From positions 1,984,001 through 2,048,000 of the forward strand of contig OZ242011.1 in assembly GCA_965204755.1 (NCBI GenBank): DNA of 64,000 nucleotides, in the 5' to 3' direction. The DNA is from Candidatus Marinacidobacterium sp. Lineage in GTDB: Bacteria; Acidobacteriota; Vicinamibacteria; Marinacidobacterales; Marinacidobacteraceae. Under the pieces are notes generated by a model, which did no database searches, had not been told where the DNA came from, and was given only the letters and a program-made list of their open reading frames with translations. Below are positions 40,223 to 50,756 of the stretch, piece after piece (positions within the stretch are counted from its first letter, which is position 1; every line of letters starts with the position of its first letter). Position numbers and translations under genes: made by a program.

Positions 40223-43200
40223 GCGCCGGCCTCCTTGCGGGCTCGCGCCCGGTTTCCGGCGGCGGCGCGCGCCGAGGCCGACGCCGCCCGCCCCGCGGGT
40301 TCGGGCGCCCCGACGGCCGAGGCGTCCGCCGCCGGGAAGCGGATCACGAACCGCGTGCCGCTGTTCAGCCCGCTCTCCACCTCCATCACGCCGCCGTGCT
40401 CCTGCACGATCCCGTAACTGATGGACAGGCCGAGCCCGTTGCCTCCGCTCTTCTTCCGCGTGGAGAAGAACGGGTCGTAGATGCGCCGGATGTCCTCCGG
40501 CGCGATGCCTTCGCCGGTGTCCGCGACTTCCGCGATCACCTGGTCACCGTCGACGCGGGTGGTCAGCGTGAGCCAGCCGCCGGCCGGCATGGCGTCGAAG
40601 GCGTTCACCGAGAGGTTCACGAAGACCTGCTGGAGCCGGTTCCCGTCGCCCCGGATCGGGGGCAGCCGCGCGTCGAGGTCGCGGCGGATGCGGATGCGCG
40701 AGGCCCGCAACTGGTGGTCGAGCAGCGACAGGACTTCGCCGAGCACCCGGTTCAGGTCCACCGGGGCGAACTCGGTCTGCCGGTGGCGGGCGAAGTTGAG
40801 GAGGCCGTTCACGATCCGCGAGGCGCGCTCGGTCTGCTGCTCGATCTTGTTCAGCAGCGGCCGCCGCGGGTCTTCGCCTTCGGTCTGGTCCTGGAGCATC
40901 TGCGTGAAACTGGAGATGCCGGCGAGGGGGGTATTGACTTCGTGCGCGACGCCGGCGGCGAGGACGCCGAGCGAACTCATCTTCTCGCGCAACTGCATCT
41001 CGTTCTCCATGCCGACGCGTTCGGTGATGTCCTCGAAGATGAGCAGGGCGCCGTGGTGCTCGCCGCCGCCGGAGACGAAGGGCGCCGCCTTCACATTCAC
41101 CACGCGCTCGATGCCGTCGGCGGACTTCAGGTTGTGCCGGGAAACGCCGCCGCGGGCGCCGCCGGTGAGCCAGCCGGCGCCGAGGCCGGCGTCGAGCGCG
41201 CGGATCAACTCCGGCGGGAACACCGCCTGGTAGGAGGAATGGGACACCTCGTGGCGGCTGCGGCCGTAGATCCGCTCCATGGAGCGGTTCCAGCGGATCA
41301 CCCGGCCGCCCAGGTCGAGCACCACCACCCCGGCGGCCAGCGACTCGATGGTGTCTTCGCTCTGCTCCCGGAGGGCGACGACTTCCTCGTGTTTCGCCTG
41401 GAGCGAACTGTAGAGCCGGGCGTTCACCAGCGCGGTCGCCGCCTGCGCCGCCAGCGTGCGCAGCAGGTCGAGGTCCTCCGAAGAGAGGTCGTCGCCGTCC
41501 TCCGTCGCGCCGAGCGCGATGACGCCCACCACTTCGCCCCGGGCGTAGCAGGGAAGCGCGTTCCGCACCCAGGCGCCTTCGCTCACCCGCGGCGGGAGGT
41601 CGGCGGTGGAAGCGGGCGAGCCGACGGCGAGGCGCTTCCGCACCGAGGCGGAAGCGACGAACGCCTCCGCCGCCTCGACCTCGTCGTCGTCGAGGCCGCG
41701 CGAAGCGACCGCGCGCAGCGTCGGGTCCGCCGGGGCGCCGGTCGCGGTCAGCAGCGTCACCCGCTCCATGCGGAAAGTGGACGCGATGCGCTCCACGATC
41801 TGGTTGCCCAGCGGGACGAGGTCCAACTGCGAGTTCATCTCGCCGGCGAGGTCGGTGAAGGCGCGGCGGAAGTCGTAGCGCTCCCGGTAGAAGAGCCGGT
41901 CGAGGAACCGCTCCGCGCGCTGGCGGAACGCCGGCACCAGCAGCGCGGCCACGATGGCGGACAGCACCGCGATGATGAGCGAGTGCTCGTCGCCGCCGAG
42001 CCAGGAAGTGCCGAGCAGGAACGCGGCGAGATAGACCGCGGCGATTCCCGCCATCAGGCCGGCGAACAGCAGGCCCCGCTTGAACAGGATCTCCACATCC
42101 ATCAGCCGGTACTTGACGATGGCGTAGGCGAACGAAAGCGGCGCGAGCACCATCGCCGCGAGCGAGAGTTCCATCGCCGGCGTGGGGGAGATGCCGGAGA
42201 AGTACGGCACCGCATACACCAGCGCGAAGGGCAGCATCCCGGCGCCGGTTCCCCAGACGATCCACTTCAACTGCTTGCGGACGGTCACGCTGCGGGCGGC
42301 GCGGAAGGCGTCCACGAAGGCGGCGAAGGCGGCGAAGGAATAGACCGCCCAGAGCACCGGCTCCAACCGGTCGAGCACCGTCTCGCTGACGGTGATGACG
42401 CCCGGCCCCGGACTCAGCGCCGAGAAGTAGAGGAGGCGGGCGAAGAGCGAGAGCCCGAGCAGCGCGAAGGGCGCGGCGTAGGCCCAGCGGAGCAGGCGCG
42501 GTTCGCGCTCCAGGAACCGGCTGCGGCTCGGGAAAGTGAGCGCGAAGTGCAGGAAGACCGCCGGGAAGAACAGGACGCCGACGCGGTCGAGCCAGAAGAA
42601 GAGGTGGTCGAAGAAGTCCAGTTCGCCGGTGAACGAGAACGAGAAGGCCAGCAGCCAGAGGACGCAGAGCCCGTAGAAGTGCGCCGCCGCCGAAACGCCG
42701 CGGCGGAAGGCGTAGACGAAGGTGCCGACGCCGGCGGCGAAGACGCCCACCGCGGCGAGGAACAGGTAGAGCGAGACATTGCCGGCGGGCAGCGGGGCGA
42801 CGGTCAGGGTCAGGCCGCGCCGCTCGCCCTCCCGGACGAGGACATACCGCAGGTGGGACTCGGCGTCCACGCTGCGGAGGATCTCCGGCACCTCGTCGGC
42901 GCGGTTCACCTCGAACACGCCGCCCCCGGCCGGGTGGCTGATCGCCTGGAGCGAGTCGCCGGGGCGGATGCCGGCCAGGTCGCCCGCGCCGCCCGCCTCG
43001 ACGCGGCTGGCGACCACCCGTCCGAGGTCGTCCGCCCAGAGCACGCCGTCGTCCATGACCCCGGCCGCGATCTGCCGGGTGGCGTTCGTCGCCGCCAGCG
43101 CGAAGAGGAGGGAGGTGGCGGCGACCGCGAGGACGGATCGGGCGCCGCCGCCGACAGCCCGGGGGAGAAGCGCCCCGCCCTTCGCTCTTCGACCGGAGGG

Positions 43201-43389
43201 TGGCAGGTCCGCGTTCGGTTTCGGCGCGGGGCGCTCCTCCCCCGGGCGGGCGGCGTGAACCGCTGCGCGATTCCCCCCGCCATCTATCGCGGGGAGGGGG
43301 CCACCCCCTCCCCGCACCCCTCCCCGGTCGTCGCTTCGCGCCGACGGGACCTCCCGGGACTTTCTCCACGGGCTGCTGGGGGAGGGCAT
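40219..43389 (-). CDS. Membrane sensor histidine kinase (PDZ, multi-TM, GAF, PAS, HisKA, HATPase)
   Basis: AGIRPGD PDZ, TM segments, GVAHEVNTPL, QVFVNLSVNAFDAM, DTGEG, GNGLGL; start uncertain because of a MITE in the 5' end. Confidence 0.88.
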   Translation of the reverse strand: MPSPSSPWRKSREVPSARSDDRGGVRGGGGPLPAIDGGGNRAAVHAARPGEERPAPKPNADLPPSGRRAKGGALLPRAVGGGARSVLAVAATSLLFALAATNATRQIAAGVMDDGVLWADDLGRVVASRVEAGGAGDLAGIRPGDSLQAISHPAGGGVFEVNRADEVPEILRSVDAESHLRYVLVREGERRGLTLTVAPLPAGNVSLYLFLAAVGVFAAGVGTFVYAFRRGVSAAAHFYGLCVLWLLAFSFSFTGELDFFDHLFFWLDRVGVLFFPAVFLHFALTFPSRSRFLEREPRLLRWAYAAPFALLGLSLFARLLYFSALSPGPGVITVSETVLDRLEPVLWAVYSFAAFAAFVDAFRAARSVTVRKQLKWIVWGTGAGMLPFALVYAVPYFSGISPTPAMELSLAAMVLAPLSFAYAIVKYRLMDVEILFKRGLLFAGLMAGIAAVYLAAFLLGTSWLGGDEHSLIIAVLSAIVAALLVPAFRQRAERFLDRLFYRERYDFRRAFTDLAGEMNSQLDLVPLGNQIVERIASTFRMERVTLLTATGAPADPTLRAVASRGLDDDEVEAAEAFVASASVRKRLAVGSPASTADLPPRVSEGAWVRNALPCYARGEVVGVIALGATEDGDDLSSEDLDLLRTLAAQAATALVNARLYSSLQAKHEEVVALREQSEDTIESLAAGVVVLDLGGRVIRWNRSMERIYGRSRHEVSHSSYQAVFPPELIRALDAGLGAGWLTGGARGGVSRHNLKSADGIERVVNVKAAPFVSGGGEHHGALLIFEDITERVGMENEMQLREKMSSLGVLAAGVAHEVNTPLAGISSFTQMLQDQTEGEDPRRPLLNKIEQQTERASRIVNGLLNFARHRQTEFAPVDLNRVLGEVLSLLDHQLRASRIRIRRDLDARLPPIRGDGNRLQQVFVNLSVNAFDAMPAGGWLTLTTRVDGDQVIAEVADTGEGIAPEDIRRIYDPFFSTRKKSGGNGLGLSISYGIVQEHGGVMEVESGLNSGTRFVIRFPAADASAVGAPEPAGRAASASARAAAGNRARARKEAGA
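43155..43375. mobile_element. ~220-bp MITE-like element, copy 1
   Basis: Imperfect terminal inverted repeats CAGCCCGGGGGAGAAG / CTTTCTCCACGGGCTG; homologous to 52611-52830. Confidence 0.75.
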
Positions 43390-43518
43390 GAGGGCGGGAA
43401 AGGGTTGGGGCCGGTGGGCGCGCCATTCTATCCAACATCACGGATATGACGAAACTCGTTACGCATATTTGGATGATCCGTCCGGCGCACCCCGGCGCGG
43501 CCAGGAGCCCGCGGGCAC

Positions 43519-43549
43519 AAAAAAAGCGGCGGCCGGACGGGGCCGCCGC
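43519..43549 (-). terminator. Intrinsic terminator
   Basis: Minus strand GCGGCGGCC-CCGTCC-GGCCGCCGC-TTTTTTT, after the stop at 43578. Confidence 0.8.
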
Positions 43550-43577
43550 GGGGAGCGCGAAGAGCGCCGGGAACCGG

Positions 43578-45491
43578 TCAGAAACGGACGGCCAGTCCCC
43601 CGACCACGCGGCGGGGGGCGCGGGCGACGGCCAACTCGTCGAGCAGCGAGCGGCCCATGAGGTCGCGGAAGAAGAGGTCGCGCACCGCGAAGGAGAGTTC
43701 CCACTCGGTGCCGCTCCACTCCGTGAACGGGATCAACTGGAGGATCTCCACATCGAACCGCGCCGTCCGCCCGTCGCCCGGCGCAGCCGGCCCGGCGCCC
43801 GCCGCCGGGCCGGCCACTGCCGCCGCCGTGATCCCGTCGTGGTTGATGAGCCGGTACACCGCGTTCAGCCGGGTGCCCGAGGGACGCCACTGCGCCTCGA
43901 CCTCGGCGGAGAGGTCGTGGAGCACCGCGCCGTCCGAGACCGCGAGCACGCCGATCGGGGCCCCGCCCGCCCCGGACTCCGGGGAGCCGCCCACCACCGC
44001 CATCAGGTAGGAGACCCGGCCGCCCAGGTCCACGCCGCGCGCCACCGGCGCCATCTCGCGGATCCAGTCGAGGGCCACGCCCTGCGCGGTGAAGTTCCCG
44101 GCGGACGCCACCTCGAACCGGCCGCCCTGCCGCGGGCGGGACTCGAAGGAGCGGACCAACTGGTCGGTGGTGACTTCCCGGAAGCCGCGGACGCCGAGCG
44201 TGGCGTTCGGGGCGAGCCGGTGCTGGACGCCGGCCTGGTACCGGGCGCTCCGCTGCGCCGGCATGGTCGGGAACCCGGAGGGGTCGAGCGCCAGCAGGTC
44301 GGCGTGCGCGATCCGGGAGAGGAGCGCCGCGTCGTCGCCGATGGGCCCGTCCACCCGCACCGCCATCCCGCCGACCAGTTCCCAGTTGTCCGACGCCCGG
44401 TAGCGGAGCACCGCGCGGGGCGCGAGGCCCCGGTGGCCGGAGAGGTAGGAGAAGCGGCGGTAGGTCAGGCCGGTGCTCAGCGAGGCCCGGCCCAGCGAGA
44501 AGTCGTCCGCGACGAAGGCGGCGCCGTCCCAGGCGGCCTGCGGCTCCTGCAGCAGGTCGGCGTTCAGGATCGGGGCCGCTTCCGGCCGGTAGTCCGGGGC
44601 GTCGCCATAGACATGGCGCTGGTAGCCGAGGCCGGCGCTGAACCGGTGGCCGTCCAGCGGGGCCATCCGGTAGGCCAGGTTCGCCGCCCACGAAGCGAAC
44701 GCCGACTCCATCAGGCGCGCCTCCGCCTCCCAGTCGCCGCGGGCGGTGGAAGGCAACTCGAACCGGGTGTAGGCGATGCCGGAGTCCAGCGCGCGGCCTT
44801 CCGCGAGGCCGAGCGAACTGCCGGAGGCGGCGAAGACGCCGAACTCCCCGTCGAAGGCGCCGAGCGCCGGGACATGCGGGCGGGACTCCGACCGGAACCA
44901 CTCGTCCTCGTCGTCCCACCGGGAACCGGCCGAGGCCTGGCGCTCCTTCAGCACATTGCGGCGGCCGCGCTGGAGGAGCCAGCGCAACTCGGAGAGCGTC
45001 CCCGCGCCCGGCTCCGCCCCCACCGCCGCCATCTGCAGGAGCAGCGTGTCCGTGATGGCGGCGCCGCTCGAGACCTGCACCCGCGTCCGGGGGGAGGGGA
45101 GGAACCCGGCGAGGAAGGCGCGGAGGCTGTAGAGGCCTTCGCTGGCTTCGTCCACCTCGAAGCGGCCGTCGTCGCCGGTCACCGCGAACCGCGCCTCTTC
45201 CGGCTGCTCGGAGGCGAAGACCGAGACCAGCGCGCCGGGCAGCGGCTGGCCGTCGTTCGTGACCACCATGCCGCTGATCTGCGCCAGCACGACCACTCCG
45301 GCGGCGTTCGGCGCCGCCGCCGTCTCCCCGGCGGCGAGCCGCGCCGCCGCCAGTGTCGGCGCCGGGGGGGTCGCCGCCGGGGGCTCGGAGGCCGCCGCCG
45401 CGCCGGAAACGAGCAGCGAAACGCCCGCCGCGAGACCCGGAATCCGAGGCCGGGAGGCGGGGCGCGAACGCCGGGCGGGCTGGCGGAACAT
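43578..45491 (-). CDS. Outer-membrane beta-barrel/TonB-receptor-like protein with carboxypeptidase-regulatory-like domain
   Basis: ISGMVVTNDGQPLPGALVSV; amphipathic beta strands; C-terminal VVGGLAVRF. Confidence 0.7.
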   Translation of the reverse strand: MFRQPARRSRPASRPRIPGLAAGVSLLVSGAAAASEPPAATPPAPTLAAARLAAGETAAAPNAAGVVVLAQISGMVVTNDGQPLPGALVSVFASEQPEEARFAVTGDDGRFEVDEASEGLYSLRAFLAGFLPSPRTRVQVSSGAAITDTLLLQMAAVGAEPGAGTLSELRWLLQRGRRNVLKERQASAGSRWDDEDEWFRSESRPHVPALGAFDGEFGVFAASGSSLGLAEGRALDSGIAYTRFELPSTARGDWEAEARLMESAFASWAANLAYRMAPLDGHRFSAGLGYQRHVYGDAPDYRPEAAPILNADLLQEPQAAWDGAAFVADDFSLGRASLSTGLTYRRFSYLSGHRGLAPRAVLRYRASDNWELVGGMAVRVDGPIGDDAALLSRIAHADLLALDPSGFPTMPAQRSARYQAGVQHRLAPNATLGVRGFREVTTDQLVRSFESRPRQGGRFEVASAGNFTAQGVALDWIREMAPVARGVDLGGRVSYLMAVVGGSPESGAGGAPIGVLAVSDGAVLHDLSAEVEAQWRPSGTRLNAVYRLINHDGITAAAVAGPAAGAGPAAPGDGRTARFDVEILQLIPFTEWSGTEWELSFAVRDLFFRDLMGRSLLDELAVARAPRRVVGGLAVRF

Positions 45492-45603
45492 AGGCAGGGT
45501 AGTGAAGCGCGGCGGGGCCTTCCTGTCAAACGCGTTTCCCGACGCATTCCCGCGGATCGGGCGGTTCCGGCGGCCCGGCGGGTACTAGAATCCGACCCCG
45601 CCG

Positions 45604-46923
45604 ATGCCGGACGACGAACCGACCCTGATCGACCGGATCGGCGCCCGCGAGATTCTGGACTCGCGCGGCTATCCGACGGTGGAGGCCGAAGTCCGGCTGG
45701 ACGGCGGGGGATTCGGACGGGCCGCCGCCCCCTCCGGCGCCTCCACCGGGACGCACGAGGCGGTGGAGCGCCGGGACGGCGAGGCGAAGCGCTACCGGGG
45801 CAAGGGCGTCCGGGAAGCCGTCCGCGCCGTCGAGGACCGGATCGCCGCGGAACTCGTCGGCGAGGACGCCCTGTGCCAGGCCGCGCTCGACGAACTGCTC
45901 GTCGAACTCGACGGCACGCCGGACCGCTCCGGGCTGGGCGCGAACGCCATCCTCGCGGTCTCGCTGGCGGTCGCCCGCGCCGCCGCCGACGCCTGCGGCC
46001 TCCCGCTCTACCGGGCGCTCGGCGGCTTCAACGCCGACCGCCTGCCGGTCCCGTTCTTCAATGTGCTCAACGGCGGCGCCCACGCGGACAACCGCCTCAC
46101 CGTCCAGGAGTTCATGGTCGTCCCGCAGGGCTACGAGAGTTTCTCCGAGGCCCTCGAAGCGGGGGCGGCGGTTTACCACTCACTCCGCGAGGTGCTCTCC
46201 CGGCGCGGGCTCTCCACCGCGGTCGGTGACGAGGGCGGGTTCGCGCCGCAGTTGGACGACGCGGAGGCGGCGCTCGGCCTGCTGATCGAGGCGGTCGAGG
46301 CCGCCGGGCTGACCCCCGGCGAGCGGATGGGGCTCGCGCTGGATGTGGCGGCGAGCGAGTTCCACGACGACGCCGGCTACCGCTTCGACCCCGACGGCGC
46401 CCCGATCCCGGCGGAGGCGATGATCGAGAAGTACGCCGGCTGGCTCGACCGCTTCCCGGCGCTCCTCTCCATCGAGGACGGGCTCGCCGAGGACGACTGG
46501 GAGGGGTGGCGGGCGCTGACCCGAGAGTTGGGCGGCCGCGCGCAACTCGTGGGGGACGACCTGTTCGTCACGCAGTCCGACCGGCTCCGCCGCGGGATCG
46601 AGGGCGGCGCCGCGAACGCGATCCTGGTGAAGCCGAACCAGGTGGGGACGCTCACCGAGACCCTCGAAGTCGCCAGGCAGGCCCGCGCCGCCGGCTTCGG
46701 CGTGATGCTCAGCCACCGCTCCGGCGAAACCGCGGACACCGCGATCGCCCATATCGCGGTCGCCGCCGGCGCCGGGCAAGTCAAGGCCGGGGCGCCCTGC
46801 CGGGGGGAGCGGGTGGAGAAGTACAACGAACTGCTCCGCATCGAGGAGGAACTGCGCGAGGGCGGCCGGGCCCGCGGCCGGCTGGCGGCGGAGCCGCGCC
46901 GTCCCGGACGGGAGCGCGCTTGA
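45604..46923 (+). CDS. eno: Enolase
   Basis: [52 protein letters not shown]. Confidence 0.97.
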   Translation: MPDDEPTLIDRIGAREILDSRGYPTVEAEVRLDGGGFGRAAAPSGASTGTHEAVERRDGEAKRYRGKGVREAVRAVEDRIAAELVGEDALCQAALDELLVELDGTPDRSGLGANAILAVSLAVARAAADACGLPLYRALGGFNADRLPVPFFNVLNGGAHADNRLTVQEFMVVPQGYESFSEALEAGAAVYHSLREVLSRRGLSTAVGDEGGFAPQLDDAEAALGLLIEAVEAAGLTPGERMGLALDVAASEFHDDAGYRFDPDGAPIPAEAMIEKYAGWLDRFPALLSIEDGLAEDDWEGWRALTRELGGRAQLVGDDLFVTQSDRLRRGIEGGAANAILVKPNQVGTLTETLEVARQARAAGFGVMLSHRSGETADTAIAHIAVAAGAGQVKAGAPCRGERVEKYNELLRIEEELREGGRARGRLAAEPRRPGRERA

Positions 46924-47528
46924 CCGAGGCGGAGGCGCCGGGGCGCGTCCGGCAGTACCCGCTGGAGCGCGGCTCGCTCGAAATCCAGTTCATCGAGGAG
47001 TTCTTCGGCGAGTTCGACCGGAAGAAGACCGCCGGCGAGATCCGGAAGCGGCTGGGCGGACGGGAGCACGGCATCTTCATGGTGGAGGCGCCGCTCCCCG
47101 GGGACCCGGCCCGCCTCGCCCCGGTCGCCTACCGGGTGGTGCACGAGATCCGCGCCGAGGAGCGCGACCCCCAACTGGCGGACCTGGTCTCCCGGCTCGC
47201 CGGGGCGGTGCGGTTCTCCGGGCAGCGCGTCCTCTACGCCTGGCTCGGCGGGACCCGGAGCGACTGGCGCGGGCAGGGGCACTTCCGGGCGCTCAGCGAG
47301 TACGAGGAGGAGTGGGCGCTGGAGAAGGGGTTCCGCGAGATCGTGGTGAAGACCAAGAACCGCTACTACGAGATGCGCGGCGCGCTCACCCACCTGCAGT
47401 TCGATGTCATCCACTACGAGCGCCACCCGGTGGAGCCCGGCGAGTCGAAGGTCTATCTCTCGAAGCGCCTGGGCGGCGGCCGCCGCCCCGCCCGGACGGC
47501 GCCGCTCGCGGGAGTCACCGAAGCCTGA
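46920..47528 (+). CDS. GNAT-family acetyltransferase-like protein
   Basis: [17 protein letters not shown] motif [11 protein letters not shown]; TTG start overlapping the eno stop. Confidence 0.7.
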   Translation: MTEAEAPGRVRQYPLERGSLEIQFIEEFFGEFDRKKTAGEIRKRLGGREHGIFMVEAPLPGDPARLAPVAYRVVHEIRAEERDPQLADLVSRLAGAVRFSGQRVLYAWLGGTRSDWRGQGHFRALSEYEEEWALEKGFREIVVKTKNRYYEMRGALTHLQFDVIHYERHPVEPGESKVYLSKRLGGGRRPARTAPLAGVTEA

Positions 47529-47602
47529 CCTTCCCGACCGGCTGATACTTTCGCCGGTTCGACTCTCCCCGGTTCGACATTCCCCAGCGGAGGTTTCCGG
47601 CC

Positions 47603-49681
47603 ATGACGGGACGGCACTACGGGCGCGGCTTCGCGTCCCGGCGGCGGTGGCTGCCGACTCTCCCCCTCCTGCTCGCGCTCGGGGCGCCGGCGGCCGCCGA
47701 AGTCGTCCGGTTCGAGGTCACCGAGCGGGGCGACCTGCTGGGCGGGCGGGCCTTCGGGCTGGCCGGGGCCTACGAGCGGATCGCGGGCGTCGTCCACTTC
47801 GCCTTCGACCCGGAGAACCCGGCGAACCGGATCGTCGCGGACCTCGGGCTCGCCCCGGTGAACGCCGACGGCAAGGTCGAGATGTCCGCCGACTTCCACC
47901 TCCTCCGCCCGAAAGTGATGGCGAAGGGGCGCGGGACGCTGCTGCTCGAAGTGAACAACCGGGGGCGGAAGGGGCTCCTCTCCTACTTCAACATGGCCGA
48001 GGGCAGCCTCTGGCCGGAGACCGGGGCGCACTTCGGCGACGGCTTCCTGCTGCGCCGGGGATTCACCCTGCTCTGGCTGGGCTGGCAGTGGGATGTCCCC
48101 GACGACGACCCGCTGCGGATGCGGATGTTCCCGCCGGTCGCGACGAACCCGGACGGCTCGACGATCACCGGCCTCGTCCGCGCCGACTTCTCGGTGCGGA
48201 CCGAGACGCCGCACCACACCCTCGCCGACCGGAACCACCGGCCCTACCGGGTGGCCGACCCCGACGACGAAGCGAATGTCCTCACCGTCCGCCGCCGGGT
48301 CGAGGACGAGCGGGAAGTCGTCCCCCGCGGGCAGTGGGGCTTCGGGCGGATCGAGGACGGCGCCCCGGTCCCCGACGACGGCGCGGTCTGGATCGAAGGC
48401 GGCTTCCAACCCCACCGCATCTACGAAGTCGTGTACCGCTCGGAAAACCCGCCGCTGGTGGGCCTCGGCCCGGCGGGGATCCGCGACCTGGTCAGCCGCC
48501 TCCGCCACGACGGCGCGGACGCGCTGGGCATCGGCGCCGACGACCTCGACAGCGCCCTCGGCTTCGGAATCTCCCAGAGCGGCCGGTTCCTCCGCACCTT
48601 CCTCTACTACGGGTTCAACGGCGACGAGCGCGGGCGCCGGGTCTTCGACGGCGTGATCTCCGATGTGGCCGGCGGCGGGCGCGGCAGTTTCAACCACCGC
48701 TTCGCCCAAGCCTCCCGCGACGCCCACCCCTACCTCAACCAGTTCCACCCGACGGACATCTTCCCGTTCACCGACATCGAACAGACCGACCCGGAGACCG
48801 GCCGCACCGAAGGACTGCTCACCCGCCAGCGCGAACGGTTCTACCCCCGCGTCTTCTACACGAACTCCTCCTACGAGTACTGGGGCCGGGCGGCCAGCCT
48901 GATCCACACCACGGTGGACGCCGCGGAAGACGCGGTCATCCCCGACCACGCGCGGGTCTATCTCTACGCCGGCACCCAGCACGGGCCGGGGCGGTTCCCG
49001 CCGCAGGTCACCATCGGGCAGCAGCCGGCGAACCCGAACAACTTCCGCTGGGGCCAGCGGGCGCTGCTGCTGGCCATGGACGAGTGGAGCCGGGGCGGGG
49101 CCGAGCCGCCGCCGAGCCGCTACCCCAGCGTGGAGGCGGGCACCGCCGTCGCGGCGGAGGACCTCGCCTTCCCCGCCGTCCCCGGCGTGACCACCTCCGA
49201 CCGGGTGCACTACGCCTACCGCGCCGACTACGGGCCCCGGTTCGCCGACGAGGGCATCGTCACGAAGGAGCCGCCGGAGATCGGGCGCCGCTTCCCCATC
49301 CGGGTCTCCGCGGTGGACGCCGACGGGAACGAAACCGCCGGCATCCGGCTGCCGGAAGTCGCGGTCCCGCTGGCCACCTACACCGGCTGGAACCTGTTCC
49401 GCGCCGAGGCCGGCCCGCCGGACGAACTCTCCAGCATGGTGGGTTCGTTCCTGCCGTTCCCGCGGACGGCGGGCGAACGGGAGGCCTCCGGCGACCCCCG
49501 GCCCTCGGTCGAGGAGCGCTACGCGAGCCGGGAGGACTACCTCGGCCGCTACACCGCCGCGGCGCTCGAACTCATCGACGCCGGCTACCTGCTCGGCGAG
49601 GACCTGCCGGCGCTCACCCGGATCGCGCTGGAGCGCTGGGAGCATGTGATGGGCGCCCCCGCCTCCGCCGGCAGCCGCTGA
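47603..49681 (+). CDS. Secreted alpha/beta-hydrolase-domain protein
   Basis: Signal peptide, EVNNRG, GWQWD, GISQSGRFLR nucleophile elbow, EYWGRAASL. Confidence 0.82.
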   Translation: MTGRHYGRGFASRRRWLPTLPLLLALGAPAAAEVVRFEVTERGDLLGGRAFGLAGAYERIAGVVHFAFDPENPANRIVADLGLAPVNADGKVEMSADFHLLRPKVMAKGRGTLLLEVNNRGRKGLLSYFNMAEGSLWPETGAHFGDGFLLRRGFTLLWLGWQWDVPDDDPLRMRMFPPVATNPDGSTITGLVRADFSVRTETPHHTLADRNHRPYRVADPDDEANVLTVRRRVEDEREVVPRGQWGFGRIEDGAPVPDDGAVWIEGGFQPHRIYEVVYRSENPPLVGLGPAGIRDLVSRLRHDGADALGIGADDLDSALGFGISQSGRFLRTFLYYGFNGDERGRRVFDGVISDVAGGGRGSFNHRFAQASRDAHPYLNQFHPTDIFPFTDIEQTDPETGRTEGLLTRQRERFYPRVFYTNSSYEYWGRAASLIHTTVDAAEDAVIPDHARVYLYAGTQHGPGRFPPQVTIGQQPANPNNFRWGQRALLLAMDEWSRGGAEPPPSRYPSVEAGTAVAAEDLAFPAVPGVTTSDRVHYAYRADYGPRFADEGIVTKEPPEIGRRFPIRVSAVDADGNETAGIRLPEVAVPLATYTGWNLFRAEAGPPDELSSMVGSFLPFPRTAGEREASGDPRPSVEERYASREDYLGRYTAAALELIDAGYLLGEDLPALTRIALERWEHVMGAPASAGSR

Positions 49682-49685
49682 CGGG

Positions 49686-50744
49686 ATGCGACCGGCGGCC
49701 CCCGGCCTCCTCGCGCTGGGGCTCCTCGCCGCCGCGCCGGGGTGCCGGGGCGGCGGCGAGCCCGGCGGCAGGGGGGAGCCCGGCGGGGGGCCGCTGGTGG
49801 TGCGGCTGGGGCATGTGGGGTTCCCGGGGTCGCCGTTCGACCACGCCGCCCGCCATTTCGAGGAACTGGTCGAGCAGCGGTTCCCCGGCCGGGTGGACAT
49901 CCGCATCTTCGGGGCGAGCCAGTTGGGCGAGGACAAGGAGATGCTGGAAGGGCTCCGGCTGGGGACGCTGGAGATGCATGTCCCCTCGTCGGTGCTCCAC
50001 TCGCTCGCGCCGGAATTCGGCCTCTTCGACCTGCCGTTCCTCATCGAGGACCGGGCGCACTTCCAGCGGATCGCCGAAGGCGAGATCGGGCGGGAACTGG
50101 CCGCGCTCCTCGAAACCGAACACGGGATCACCCTGCTCGCCTACTGGGAGAACGGGTTCCGGGTCATCACCAACGATGTCCGCCCGATCGTCGTCCCCGC
50201 CGACCTCGACGGGATCCGGCTCCGCACGCCGAAGGACCCGGAGCGGGTGCGGCTCTTCGAAACGCTCGGCGCCAGCCCGGCCTCGATGAGTTTCGGCGAG
50301 GTGTTCACCGCGCTGCGGCAGGGCGTGGTGGACGGGCAGGAGAACCCGCTGGCGCAACTCACCGCCGCCCGGTTCCACGAGGTGCAGCGCTTCCTTTCGG
50401 TCTCGAACCATGTGTACACCCCGGCCTACCCGCTGGTCGGCAGCGCCTGGTTCGCGCGCCTGCCGGAGGATCTCCGCGAGGGGCTCCGGGAGGCCGCCTT
50501 CGAGACCGGGCGGTTCGTCCGCGGGTTCCTCGCGGAGGAGGACGCGCGCCTGCTGGCGTCGTTCGACGGGGAACCGGCGGTGAACGAGGTGGACCGCGAC
50601 GCGTTCGTCCGCGCCGCCGCGCCGGTGTTCGACCACTACCGCGAGCGCTTCGGCGCCGGGCGGATCGAAGCCGCCCGGGCGTTGGCCGCGCCGCCGGCCG
50701 ACCCTCCCGACAACTCTCCCGACAACTCTCCCGACGGCCGGTAG
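49686..50744 (+). CDS. dctP: TRAP transporter substrate-binding lipoprotein
   Basis: SQLGEDKEM, FDLPF, WENGFR, DGQENP. Confidence 0.92.
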   Translation: MRPAAPGLLALGLLAAAPGCRGGGEPGGRGEPGGGPLVVRLGHVGFPGSPFDHAARHFEELVEQRFPGRVDIRIFGASQLGEDKEMLEGLRLGTLEMHVPSSVLHSLAPEFGLFDLPFLIEDRAHFQRIAEGEIGRELAALLETEHGITLLAYWENGFRVITNDVRPIVVPADLDGIRLRTPKDPERVRLFETLGASPASMSFGEVFTALRQGVVDGQENPLAQLTAARFHEVQRFLSVSNHVYTPAYPLVGSAWFARLPEDLREGLREAAFETGRFVRGFLAEEDARLLASFDGEPAVNEVDRDAFVRAAAPVFDHYRERFGAGRIEAARALAAPPADPPDNSPDNSPDGR

Positions 50745-50756
50745 GCGTCCGCGGAG

